This document shows, one piece after another, positions 17,598-27,168 of a stretch of DNA of 44,128 nucleotides (its first letter is position 1; each line of letters opens with the position of its first letter). The DNA comes from Candidatus Iainarchaeum sp. (lineage in GTDB: Archaea; Iainarchaeota; Iainarchaeia; Iainarchaeales; DTGL01), in assembly GCA_043809265.1 (NCBI GenBank), contig JAZDDY010000021.1:1-44128 (forward strand), in the 5' to 3' direction. The position numbers were made by a program, and so were the translations under genes. The notes under the pieces are model-generated. The model saw only the letters and a list, made by a program, of their open reading frames with translations, made no database searches and was not told where the DNA came from.

Positions 17598-18173
17598 TTA
17601 ATCATTTTTGACAGCAAGCTTCCTTTCAACAAGCAATTCAGCGGTCTTGCCCGGAAGCTCGACGCACTGCCCTTTCGAAAAAGGGCCGTACTCTTTCATG
17701 TCGGCCCCTATAAAACTTGGGATGTCGGAAAGAACTTGGAGAGGGAGTTTTTTTAAATCCTTTTCCTCGGTTCGCTCCTTTCCCGCCTTTGCACCGAACA
17801 AATCGCTCGAATCCATCCTGAATTTTTCAAGCACGTCAAGCAAGCCGTTGAAAAGCCCCTTTTCCCCATGGGTCAGGCCGTCCAGTGAAAACTCGTTTGT
17901 GCGCGATGCAACCAATGCCTTGTTCAAAACCTTTTTTTCCCTTATTGCCAGGAATTCAAGCACAATCTGCTCAAGGTTCGCGAAATCCTTGGCTTTCGAG
18001 ATATGCCCGCTTTTAAGGTCCTCGACATACCTCTCACGCTCTTTTTTCATGAAATCCTTGAGCGAAGGCCAGAAATCGGCTTCAAGCACGCACAACTGGC
18101 TTGAATTCTTTTCAAGCCTGAAAGCGCGCCTCACATCATCATAATCCAAGAACTCACCCTTGGGAAAAATCAT
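17598..18173 (-). CDS. gins51: GINS complex subunit, Gins51 (Gins15) type
   Basis: Helical A domain followed by a C-terminal B domain with EYGPFSKGQCVELPGKTAELLVERKLA. ATGA overlap with priS. Adjacency to priS is the known archaeal context for Gins15/51. Confidence 0.7.
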   Translation of the reverse strand: MIFPKGEFLDYDDVRRAFRLEKNSSQLCVLEADFWPSLKDFMKKERERYVEDLKSGHISKAKDFANLEQIVLEFLAIREKKVLNKALVASRTNEFSLDGLTHGEKGLFNGLLDVLEKFRMDSSDLFGAKAGKERTEEKDLKKLPLQVLSDIPSFIGADMKEYGPFSKGQCVELPGKTAELLVERKLAVKND

Positions 18174-19411
18174 TCGAGAATAGCTTTCCCTGACGCCACA
18201 AGGAATACAGCCGCATTCAATGGCAGTTCTTCCCTTGCACCGGAGAATGCCCCGAACTTTTTGCCCCCAAGAGAGAATTCTGGTGCCTTATTAATAAAAA
18301 CCTTTACAGGCGAGCCTGAAAAAGCCACTGCATCCTTAAAAGGGTCGAACCGCTTGAATTCCTCCAAAGAAACAACTTTTGCAACCAAACCCGTGCCCCC
18401 ATGAATCGAATCAGGCAGCCTCAGGATTTTATGGATGTCCACGGAAGTCTGCCTGTCGATGTTCAGTGCAATCGATTCCTCGCGCAATGCCTCGTCAATC
18501 AAAAGCCTCCAGAACTTCTGGCTTGTCTCAGGCTTCGACGCATCAACCGGGAAAAGGATGCCCTGTGACATTTTTTCAAGAATCACAGGCCTGTTTTTTA
18601 TCAGGAAAGAAGACTGCTTTTTCGAAAGGTTGCCGTGCACTGCAAGCTTGTCCGCATTCCATTCCGTGATAAAAGAAACAAGCCGTTCCATGAACCTCTT
18701 TGCAATGCCGACGCTCCGCGAGGGCACAGGGCATTTCAGGGCCGAAGCGTCAAGCCTGCCGAAGCCGTGCGCTTCAAGGTCAACGCCGTTAAGCGTGAGG
18801 TAATCGATAAGTTCGGTCCTCGCGCTCTGCGGCAGGCCCCTCACGGCTTCGCCCCTTATGTGCACATGATATCCGGCCTTGCCTGAAAAATTAATGCTGA
18901 TCCCTTCATCAAAGCCGAGCTCGCCTGAAACAACTTCAAGCAGTTTCAGTGCCTGCTTTTTTGCCTCGCCAAGGCACTCGGAGCAAAACCATTGCTCCAC
19001 TTTCACGCCTGAACCGCACTTCGGGCATTCCACGACCTTGCCTTTCCCGCTGGCACCGCATTTTTCACCAGGGCACTGCCATGAATCGTGCCCTTCCTTG
19101 CACTTTGTCTGGATATCATCCGCATCGAATTCATAAACCAAATCCGAACCGATAAATCCCTTTGATTCCATCGGCCTTGCGGAAGGCCTTTCATAGTATG
19201 CGGCGGAATACGAAATGTAGGGCGGTACTTCTTTACGCAAAAAAAGGTTGAGTTCTTTTTCTCCCTTAAATTCCATGTGCCTTTTCACTATTTTTTTCCC
19301 GAAATCGCCTATCCCGAATTCCCTTTCCCCGCAGGCGGGAATCGAAAGCGAATGCTTTTCGTAATAGGAACGGAATGCCTCCCTCAAAAAAACATTTTCC
19401 TTTTCGCCCAT
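18170..19411 (-). CDS. priS: DNA primase small (catalytic) subunit PriS
   Basis: Catalytic acidic motif LVYEFDADD. Zinc-knuckle insertion CPGEKCG...CPKCG...CSEC. SVDIHKILRLPDSIHGGTG motif. Confidence 0.85.
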   Translation of the reverse strand: MGEKENVFLREAFRSYYEKHSLSIPACGEREFGIGDFGKKIVKRHMEFKGEKELNLFLRKEVPPYISYSAAYYERPSARPMESKGFIGSDLVYEFDADDIQTKCKEGHDSWQCPGEKCGASGKGKVVECPKCGSGVKVEQWFCSECLGEAKKQALKLLEVVSGELGFDEGISINFSGKAGYHVHIRGEAVRGLPQSARTELIDYLTLNGVDLEAHGFGRLDASALKCPVPSRSVGIAKRFMERLVSFITEWNADKLAVHGNLSKKQSSFLIKNRPVILEKMSQGILFPVDASKPETSQKFWRLLIDEALREESIALNIDRQTSVDIHKILRLPDSIHGGTGLVAKVVSLEEFKRFDPFKDAVAFSGSPVKVFINKAPEFSLGGKKFGAFSGAREELPLNAAVFLVASGKAILE

Positions 19412-20431
19412 TCAAACACCCTGCTTCGGTTTCATTTTTTCTTCCCTGAACTTGTTCCTGTAATATTGCGTGGGATGCCTGACATTGCACTGCGCAATGC
19501 ACAGCGCATGCGAGCGCACCTTTTCGCAGCTTGCCGGAGAATATCCCTTGCCCTGCCTTCCGCCCCTGATGATTTTTTTGATTTGATATCTCGTGATGCC
19601 TTCGTCGAAATTCGGGGCCTTTGAAAATGCTTTCACCATTTCCTCTTCTGGCATTCCGACTGCATTCAGGAAGGTCGTGAGGTCGAACCTTGCAAGGTGT
19701 GAAAGGTTTTTTCCTGCAAGCAAATCCGAATACAGTTTTTCCATGCACGGCGGGAAAAAATCCGGCTTGACTTTTCCAATCATCTGCTTGAATTCGATGT
19801 TCTGTTTTTCCCTGAATTCCGAGCCGAGCGCGAAAGCCTCACTTTTCAGCTTTTCAGGGATACCTTCAAGCTTCACAGGAAGCGATTGCAGCACCGAACT
19901 GAAAACCTGTTCGGACAAGAGCCTTGCGAAGTGCTGGGCGTCAAGGAAAACCAGGCCTTTCTCAACGCGCTGGTTCACAAGCTTCAATGCAGGAATTCCA
20001 TTGCCCGAGGAAAGGAAATCCGCAACTGTTACGGAAAACACGCCGTCTTCAGGCAATCCGAATTTAAGGTTCAGTTCCTGTGCGAGCCTTATTTTCAGGC
20101 CGTCGCCTTTTTCCTTTTCAAGCAGTGCAAACACCGCTTCGGCATTGCTTTTCGCGAAAAGCGAGAACAGTTTCTGCTGTGAAATGAATGAAAGGTAGAT
20201 TTTCGCAATCGGAAAGGACAGCACTTCGGCTTCAAGCATTTCCTTGTGGCCTTCAATGTGTTCCACAAAATACAGTTTTCTGGCGGACGCGGCCCTGATG
20301 CGCGCTACAGCGCTCCTTTTCGCATCCTCGCCTGCGGCATCAAGCGATACGTTGAGTTCCTTTATTGCGCGCTTCCCAGTCTCACTGAAAGGAAATTTCT
20401 GCGCAAACTCCAGGCCAGCCAAAAGCGCCAT
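19412..20431 (-). CDS. priL: DNA primase large subunit PriL
   Basis: FFPPCMEKL...SHLARF..TTFL and C-terminal Fe-S Cys residues (SCEKVRSHALC..C). Immediately abuts the priS start. Confidence 0.85.
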   Translation of the reverse strand: MALLAGLEFAQKFPFSETGKRAIKELNVSLDAAGEDAKRSAVARIRAASARKLYFVEHIEGHKEMLEAEVLSFPIAKIYLSFISQQKLFSLFAKSNAEAVFALLEKEKGDGLKIRLAQELNLKFGLPEDGVFSVTVADFLSSGNGIPALKLVNQRVEKGLVFLDAQHFARLLSEQVFSSVLQSLPVKLEGIPEKLKSEAFALGSEFREKQNIEFKQMIGKVKPDFFPPCMEKLYSDLLAGKNLSHLARFDLTTFLNAVGMPEEEMVKAFSKAPNFDEGITRYQIKKIIRGGRQGKGYSPASCEKVRSHALCIAQCNVRHPTQYYRNKFREEKMKPKQGV

Positions 20432-20538
20432 AAAAATAGTTGAGTCGAATAGTCTTTAAAAAAGCGCGAGTGCGGGATTCCGGTGAATATTGCAAACTCC
20501 CCCTGGCTGCGGGGGCATTATCCGCCTGCCAGAAAGGA

Positions 20539-21861
20539 TCAGTTCCTTTCCTCGATTTTGATTTCCTGGGGTTTTTTGTCTTCGGATTTTTCCTTTTTTG
20601 CCCTTTCCTTTTCTGAAAGGAAAACCCCTATTGTCGCCACGATGTTTGAAAAGCAGATTATCAGGAAAACGATTGTCGTAATCATGTTCAGGACGGAGCT
20701 GTCAAGGTTCAAGCCCATGCTTGTGGGCAAAGAAATAAGCACGGCCGCGGCAAGGCCTCTTGCCGCCATCGTCGTTATCAGTTTCTGGTCTTGGGCGAAA
20801 ACAGGCTTGAATTTTTTCAGGATGACTGCCCCGATGCGCCTTGCAAGCAGGAACAAAAACATTATCGCCAGCGAAACCGCGATCATTCCCGGCGTGAAAA
20901 ATTCGAACTTGAAAAGGAGCCCGAGGTAAACGAAGAAAAACGTCCTGACCAAAAACGAAACCTCAGCCTGGAAGGACTTGATCCTCCAGTCTATGGAGCG
21001 CGGGGTAAGCCTCAGCATTCTCGTAATGTCCTCGCTGTTCCCCAAAACAAGCCCGAAGGTGAGCGCCGCAATGGCGCCGTTGCCGCCGAAAAAAACAGTT
21101 ATTGTGTAAAGAAGCAGCAATACGCCAAGGGTCATCAGGTACTCGTACGGCTTGTCCCTCAAAAGCGACAAAAGCCTGAGCCAGACAAGCCCGGCTATCA
21201 GCCCGAGGAAGGCGGCAATAGTGAATGCCCCGAGGAGGCTTGTTCCGACCTGGGAAACATTGAACGAGTTCAAAAGGATTATTTCTGCGGCCGCCACCGC
21301 CACAATCACGCACAATGCATCAGTAAGCGCGGATTCAAGGCTGAGAAGGGTTTTTGTTTCCTCGCCTGCCTTGGTGCTGTTCACGAGCGGGATTACAATT
21401 GCAGAGCTTGTGCCGCCGATAATCGCCCCGATCATCAGGCTTACGAGCAGGTCGAATTTTAAAAGCCCGAAATTCGAGCCAGCCCACAGGACCAGGATTA
21501 CAAACGCAATGCTAAGGAAAAAAACAATTATTGTGAAGGCAAAGGATTCGCCAAAGGATTTTATCACCTTGAAAAAATTCAGGTGCAGGCCGCCCTCGAA
21601 AAGGATGATTATCAGCGCAAAGGCTGCAAAAAACGGCAGAAAGCCCTGGAACAAGGCAAGCTCGCTCTGGCCGAGCAGTTCGAACGGAAGCATTCCCGTG
21701 CCGTTAGGGCCGAGATAAGATGAAACAGGGCCCAAAATGAGCCCGACAGCCATCAGGATAAGGATGTCTGAAACCTTGGTTTTCTTGAACAAAAGCATTC
21801 CGATATAGCCGATTATTATGATTGCCGCCACAACCAAAAATGCGACTTCCACTGCGACCAT
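20539..21861 (-). CDS. Cation:proton antiporter (CPA1 / NhaP-type Na+/H+ exchanger)
   Basis: About 12 TM segments. FEGGLHLNF and ESALTDAL motifs are typical of NhaP-type exchangers. Confidence 0.75.
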   Translation of the reverse strand: MVAVEVAFLVVAAIIIIGYIGMLLFKKTKVSDILILMAVGLILGPVSSYLGPNGTGMLPFELLGQSELALFQGFLPFFAAFALIIILFEGGLHLNFFKVIKSFGESFAFTIIVFFLSIAFVILVLWAGSNFGLLKFDLLVSLMIGAIIGGTSSAIVIPLVNSTKAGEETKTLLSLESALTDALCVIVAVAAAEIILLNSFNVSQVGTSLLGAFTIAAFLGLIAGLVWLRLLSLLRDKPYEYLMTLGVLLLLYTITVFFGGNGAIAALTFGLVLGNSEDITRMLRLTPRSIDWRIKSFQAEVSFLVRTFFFVYLGLLFKFEFFTPGMIAVSLAIMFLFLLARRIGAVILKKFKPVFAQDQKLITTMAARGLAAAVLISLPTSMGLNLDSSVLNMITTIVFLIICFSNIVATIGVFLSEKERAKKEKSEDKKPQEIKIEERN

Positions 21862-21988
21862 GCAAAAAAGTAATGCGGTTGATATTAAAAATTCTTGCCT
21901 GCCGCCAGCAAGGTTGCCTGGAAATCCCGGCTTGCAAAGCCAGCCATAGGCAAATAAAAATACCGGGCTGCCTGCTTCAAAAACAGGT

Positions 21989-22717
21989 TCACAAAATCAT
22001 GTGCGCCAGGTGGAATTGCAGCGTGGTGTCGCCTATGGCATAAGAAATGCGCATCGGCGCCTCGCTCTTCAATTCCAATAAAACAGCGCTTTCAGGGTCG
22101 GCTTCCTTGACAATGTTTTCCAAAAAATTCAACGAGTATTTGCTTGTAACGTCCTTTTTCGCCTTGACCTTGAACAATTCGCTGCTCTTGGCCTCTGTTT
22201 TTAGCGTTCCCTGCGAGCCCCTTGCTTCAATCAAAAATTTGCCTTTTTCAATCTTGAGCACAACGCTGCTCCCGAACAATTCTGCATCCTTGAACGCTTC
22301 CTGCAAAACCCTTGCCTTGGTTTCAATCTTGGCATCGTATTCCTGCTGCGGGATTTCGGCCTCTTCATCGCTTATGTCTATCAATGACAGCCTGAAGCTC
22401 CTTTCAAGGTCGCCCTTCAATTTCACAAGCAGGTGGTTGTCGTTCAGGTCCATTTCAATCGTGTCTTTCTGCAGCGCCCTTTTCATGACCTTATTGAATT
22501 CGTCCAAGTCCAAGCCGACAAGGTTCGGCTCGACTTTAAATTCCTCGAAAAAGGATTTCGGAGCCTCATACTGCACCAATACAATCTGCGAAGGATCGAT
22601 TGCCTTCAATGAAATGCCCTTGTCGTTGAATCTGAAATTGCCTTCCGAAATGAAATTCGAAATCGCCCTGATTGCAGTCTGGAACTGCGCTACCTTTGAA
22701 AGCTTTATCAATCGCAT
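21989..22717 (-). CDS. pcn: DNA polymerase sliding clamp PCNA (paralogue 1)
   Basis: GISLKAIDPSQIVLV, VGLDLDEFNKVMKRA, KDAELFG and LELKSEAPMRISY. I chose the ATG at 22717 because the TTG at 22729 lies inside the TATA-like tttattgtatatta. Confidence 0.85.
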   Translation of the reverse strand: MRLIKLSKVAQFQTAIRAISNFISEGNFRFNDKGISLKAIDPSQIVLVQYEAPKSFFEEFKVEPNLVGLDLDEFNKVMKRALQKDTIEMDLNDNHLLVKLKGDLERSFRLSLIDISDEEAEIPQQEYDAKIETKARVLQEAFKDAELFGSSVVLKIEKGKFLIEARGSQGTLKTEAKSSELFKVKAKKDVTSKYSLNFLENIVKEADPESAVLLELKSEAPMRISYAIGDTTLQFHLAHMIL

Positions 22718-22756
22718 TCCCCCAAACAAGAGTAATATACAATAAAGGGCAAGGGT

Positions 22757-23558
22757 TTAAATTGCTTTTGCGCAAACACACGCCCCGGCCGCTGTTGCAA
22801 TGCCGTAATCCTTCGGCACAACCACTTTTTTACCGAGCACCCTGAATGCCGCAAGAAGCCGTTTTCTGAAAACATGCACTGCCAAAAGCTTTCCTGTGAG
22901 GATGATTTCCTTTTGCCCGCATTTTTCGGCAGCAAGCGAAACAAGGACCGCATTGGTTTCAGCCACCATATTGATTATTCCCAAGGCGACATCGCCCCTG
23001 CCTGCCTTCCCGCATTTCGCGAAATTTGCAGCGGTGGCATTGCCCGGCAGTTTCCCTATCCCTTTGCCGGCAATGTCCTCGACCAATAAATCCACTTTTG
23101 AAAGATTGCCTTTTTCTGCCAGCGCGTTTATTTCCTTCAGGCCTTTTGCTCCAAGCGCGCGCATCGAAAGGCCGAGCAATGTGCCGCCGCCCACGCCGGT
23201 GCCGGAGCAATGTTCGAATTTTCCGTTTCCTTTAGCATCCACAATGCAAGTGCCTGTGCCGAGCGACACGACAAGCGCCTTTTTCTTGCGGGCGCAAAAA
23301 AAGGCCGCCTGCACCTATGGCTTTGATTTCGCCGATCCTTTTCACCGGTTTTCCAAGGAGGGATTTTTTTGCACTGGCGCTTTTTCCTCCGGCAATGCAG
23401 AAGCGTTTTACTTTGGAAAGAGGCCATTTCAGTGCAAGGATTTCCTTCTCCAGGCCTGCAAGGCAAACCGCTTCGATGGATTTTTTCTTCAGCACCCTGC
23501 CTTTTTCCATCAGCACGAAATCCGTCGTGGAAGCGCCAAGGTCAATGCCCAAAAGCAT
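22757..23558 (-). pseudogene. Type II pantothenate kinase-like (Fumble/CoaW family, ASKHA fold), split into ORFs 23232-23558 and 22757-23314 by a frame change in a T7 run
   Basis: GIDLGASTTD (phosphate 1), VVSLGTGTCIV, SGTGVGGGTLLGL, LPGNATAANF and GIATAAGA mirror Staphylococcus-type PanK-II motifs. Removing one base of the A7 run at 23296-23302 gives ..GAGGLFCARKKKALVVSLGTGT.. Confidence 0.7.
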
Positions 23559-23616
23559 AAATGAATTGGCGCGGAAAACGATTTAATCTGATTGCCTGAA
23601 ATTGTTTTGGGAAAAA

Positions 23617-24501
23617 ATGCTTTGGTTTTTCATGGCGCTGCTTTGCGCCGCGCTTTGGGCGGTATCGAATATCGGCGACAAAGTCCTTGTGACAAAATAC
23701 GCCAAAAGCCCGCTGGTCGCAATGGCAATCCCGAGCCTTATCGGGTCGCTTGTGCTTGCCCCGCTTGCATTCGCTTTCGGCTTTTCAATCCCCGAGCCCG
23801 ACCTGCTTGCGCTGTATTGTTTCACTGTTTTCATCTGGATGCTCGGGGTGTTATTGTATTACAGGGCAATGCAGGAAGCCGAAGCCTCAAGGGTTTCGGT
23901 GGCATACAATTCCCTGCCGATTTTCACTCTCGCGCTTGCGATAGTTTTTTTGGGTGAAACCGTTTCCTTATTGCAGTTTGCGGGAATCGTTTGCCTGATG
24001 CTCGGCGCAATCCTTGTGTCTTTCAAAAAAGCAGGGCGCATAAAAATCGGGAAATGGGCGCTGGCGGTTCCAATATCCGCAATCCTTCTTGCCGCAGACA
24101 CCGTTGTTTCAAAATACGTCCTTGCAGGCAGCGACTGGTGGTCGCTTACTGTTCTCAGGTCCTTCATTTTCAGCGCTTTCCTTATTATTGCGCTCCCGTT
24201 CTATTACAAAAAAATCAAGGCAGCAATAACCGAAAAGCCGCGCGTGCTGGCCGTGGCGCTTTCAAGCGAAACCTTTTACCTCACAGGCAGGGGCGCATTC
24301 ATGCTGTCCCTCTCACTTGGCACAGCATCGCTTGTCGGCGCTGTCACCGCAATCCAGCCGTTCTTTGTGCTCCTGTTTGCTGTCTTCCTCACAAAAGCCT
24401 TCCCTTCCTTCCTGAAAGAAGAAATCGACAAAAGCCATCTCGCAATCAAGCTGGCGGCTGTGGCGCTTGCAGTCGCAGGCGCAGCGATGGTTTCACTCTG
24501 A
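23617..24501 (+). CDS. EamA-family (DMT superfamily) transporter
   Basis: Ten hydrophobic segments in two EamA-like halves. I preferred the ATG at 23617 over the upstream TTG at 23602. 9-nt convergent overlap with the malic enzyme gene. Confidence 0.75.
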   Translation: MLWFFMALLCAALWAVSNIGDKVLVTKYAKSPLVAMAIPSLIGSLVLAPLAFAFGFSIPEPDLLALYCFTVFIWMLGVLLYYRAMQEAEASRVSVAYNSLPIFTLALAIVFLGETVSLLQFAGIVCLMLGAILVSFKKAGRIKIGKWALAVPISAILLAADTVVSKYVLAGSDWWSLTVLRSFIFSAFLIIALPFYYKKIKAAITEKPRVLAVALSSETFYLTGRGAFMLSLSLGTASLVGAVTAIQPFFVLLFAVFLTKAFPSFLKEEIDKSHLAIKLAAVALAVAGAAMVSL

Positions 24502-25656
24502 TGCCTTTTTCACGGCCTTCACGATTTTTTGCACATAGTCTTTGTCGAGCGCGTGCGGCAGGATTTTTTCCTTGGAATGCTTAATGGAAGCAGCCAATGC
24601 TTTCGCCGCCGCAATTTTAGCATTTTCATTCAGCCTTTTCGCGCGCGCATCCAAAAGCCCGCGGAACAAGCCCGGAAAAACGAGAACATTATTTATCTGA
24701 TTCTTATAATCCGAGCGGCCTGTGCCGACAATGAAAGCCCCTGCTTTCAACGCAAGCTCAGGCGCGATTTCAGGCACAGGGTTTGCCATCGCAAACACAA
24801 TCGCTTTCTTGTTCATTCCTTTGATATCTTCCTCTTTCAGGATGTTTGGGGCGGATACGCCGATGAAAACATCCGCGCCCTGGAGCGCTTCGCTTAATGT
24901 TCCTGAAAAATCGTTTCTTGTGAGCTGCGCGATTTCTTTCATGTGCTCAGGCATTGCGCCATTGCCCCTGTGCACTGCCCCGAAGCGGTCGAACACAACC
25001 ATTTCTTTCGGGGCGAATTCAGGCGAAGAATAAAGCAATTTTGTTATGGCAGTGCCTGCGGCACCGCAGCCTGAAAGCACTATCTTCGCATCCGAAAACT
25101 TTTTTCCCGCGAGCTTGAAGGCGTTTATCATGCCCGCAAGCACCACAACTGCGGTCGCGTGCTGGTCGTCGTGCACGACAGGAATGCCCAAATCCTGCAG
25201 TTCTTTTTCCACAAAAAAGCAATTTGGGGCGGCAATGTCTTCGAGGTTTATTCCGCCAAACGAGGGCGCCATTGCCCTTATGGCTTGCACTGTTTCCTGC
25301 GCGCTTCCGGTTTTCAAGACTATCGGAAATGCATTCACGCCTGCCAGTTCCATGAAAAGAAGCGCTTTTCCTTCCATTACCGGCATTGCAGCCTCAGGGC
25401 CGATGTTGCCAAGGCCGAGGACAGCGGAACCATCCGAGATTACTGCAATAGTATTTGATTTTCCAGTCAATTGGAAGGATTTTGCCTTATCGCTGGCAAT
25501 TTCCATGCACGGAGCCGCCACTCCCGGAGTGTACAAAAGCGAAATGCTTTTTTTTGTCAGCGCCGCGCCTTTTTTTGCCCGCACTTCGATTTTTCCCTTC
25601 AGGCGGGAATGCAGTGCAAGCGCTTCCTCTTTCTGGCCCACAAATTCACCTTCCAA
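24493..25656 (-). CDS. NAD(P)-dependent malic enzyme (short archaeal/bacterial form)
   Basis: LSLLYTPGVAAPC, VISDGSAVLGLGNIGPEAAMPVMEGKALLF, GINLEDI, LSGCGAAGTA and FAMANPVPE. The listed start is TTG. The GTG at 25641, preceded by GGTG plus 5 nt, is an alternative. Confidence 0.9.
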   Translation of the reverse strand: MEGEFVGQKEEALALHSRLKGKIEVRAKKGAALTKKSISLLYTPGVAAPCMEIASDKAKSFQLTGKSNTIAVISDGSAVLGLGNIGPEAAMPVMEGKALLFMELAGVNAFPIVLKTGSAQETVQAIRAMAPSFGGINLEDIAAPNCFFVEKELQDLGIPVVHDDQHATAVVVLAGMINAFKLAGKKFSDAKIVLSGCGAAGTAITKLLYSSPEFAPKEMVVFDRFGAVHRGNGAMPEHMKEIAQLTRNDFSGTLSEALQGADVFIGVSAPNILKEEDIKGMNKKAIVFAMANPVPEIAPELALKAGAFIVGTGRSDYKNQINNVLVFPGLFRGLLDARAKRLNENAKIAAAKALAASIKHSKEKILPHALDKDYVQKIVKAVKKASE

Positions 25657-25659
25657 AAT

Positions 25660-27114
25660 TCACCTTGTGGATTTCAAAAACGCAATGAATTTTTTGTCCT
25701 GCGAGATTTTCTTTTTCAGTTTAAGGTCCACTTTGGCCGGCTTTGCCATTGCTGAAACCGAAAGCATGCGCCCCAAATCTTTTTTCGAAACAAAACCTTT
25801 TTCAAGAATAATCCGTTCAACCGAAACGTTTTTTCTCAGGGCTTCCTTGATAAGTTCCGCCACAACCGCATAACCCAAATGCGGATTGAGCGCGGTCGCA
25901 TAGGAATGTGAGGAAAAAAGCAATTCGTTGCAGCGCTTCTTGTCGGCCTTTATGCCGTTGATGCATTTCGAGCTGAACATTTTTAGCGTGTTGGAAAGAA
26001 TGCCTGTCGCCTGCTCGAGCGATAAAAGAATCACTGGAGTGTAAACGTTTATTTCAAGATGCCCTTCTTTTGCGGCCCCAGCCACCGCGGCATCAAGGCC
26101 TTCAATATAAAAGCAGGACATTTTTACGGCTTCCGGAATCGAGGGGTTCACTTTCCCTGGCATGATTGAACTGCCAGGCTCTACCTCCGGCAGAATTATT
26201 TCAGCAATTCCTGCCTTCGGGCCAGAGGAAAGGAACATCAAATCATTGCAAATTTTATGCGATGAAATCGCAAGGCAGCGCAGGGCATTAGAGTAATCCA
26301 CGAAAGCGTTCATTGAATGCATCAATTCAAAATTGGCCTTCGGGGCGCTGAACTTGAAGCCGGATTCTTTGGAGAGTGCTGCGATGACAACTTTCCTGTA
26401 ATTCGGGTGCGTGGTGATGCCTGTCCCCACTGCTGTTCCGCCAAGCGGAATTTCCTTTAAGCCTTCAAGTGCACAGTCAATCCTTTCAATCGCAGAACCC
26501 ATAAGCGCTTCATAAGAGTCAAATTCCTGCCCAAGTGTTAGTGGGACCGCGTCCATGTAATGGGTGCGCCCGCATTTCAGGATGCCTTTGAACTGGGCTG
26601 CTTTTTTGTGGAAGGCGATTTTGGTCCTTTCCAGTTCTTCAAGAAGTTCTTTGGATTCGATGAGCAGGGTTAACCTTACAGCCGTCGGCATCACATCATT
26701 TGAACTCTGGGACATGTTCACATCATTATTTGGGTTCACTAAGTATGCGCCCTTCTTGCCGCCCAAGAGTTCGGTTGCGCGGTTCGCGATGATTTCGTTC
26801 GCGTTCATGTTGTAGGGTGTTCCGGCGCCTGCTTGGAAATAATCAAGGGCAAAGCAAGAGGAGAATTTCCCTGCGCCGAATTCTTTTGCCGCGCGGATTA
26901 TCGCATTGCCTTTCTTTTGGTCAAGAAGGCCGAGCTTCATGTTTGCGCGCGCAGAAGCGATTTTTATCTGCGAGAGCGCTTTCACCAGCGCCGGAAAAGG
27001 CTTTGAGCCTGAAATCTGGAAATTTTCCAAAGCCCTGGAAGTGAACGCGCCGTAATAAGCATCCGAAGGGACTTTCCTTTTGCCAAGAGCATCCTTTTCA
27101 GTGCGGTATTGCAT
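25660..27114 (-). CDS. Fumarate-lyase superfamily enzyme (class II fumarate hydratase / aspartate ammonia-lyase)
   Basis: SS-loop signature GSSIMPGKVNP, plus GAGTPYNMNANE and SQSSNDV. The subfamily motifs are mixed (see findings). Confidence 0.85.
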   Translation of the reverse strand: MQYRTEKDALGKRKVPSDAYYGAFTSRALENFQISGSKPFPALVKALSQIKIASARANMKLGLLDQKKGNAIIRAAKEFGAGKFSSCFALDYFQAGAGTPYNMNANEIIANRATELLGGKKGAYLVNPNNDVNMSQSSNDVMPTAVRLTLLIESKELLEELERTKIAFHKKAAQFKGILKCGRTHYMDAVPLTLGQEFDSYEALMGSAIERIDCALEGLKEIPLGGTAVGTGITTHPNYRKVVIAALSKESGFKFSAPKANFELMHSMNAFVDYSNALRCLAISSHKICNDLMFLSSGPKAGIAEIILPEVEPGSSIMPGKVNPSIPEAVKMSCFYIEGLDAAVAGAAKEGHLEINVYTPVILLSLEQATGILSNTLKMFSSKCINGIKADKKRCNELLFSSHSYATALNPHLGYAVVAELIKEALRKNVSVERIILEKGFVSKKDLGRMLSVSAMAKPAKVDLKLKKKISQDKKFIAFLKSTR

Positions 27115-27168
27115 GAAAGAGAATTGAAAGGGAGTTTTTTTAAAAGAAACTAGGCGCTTTATTCGCTT

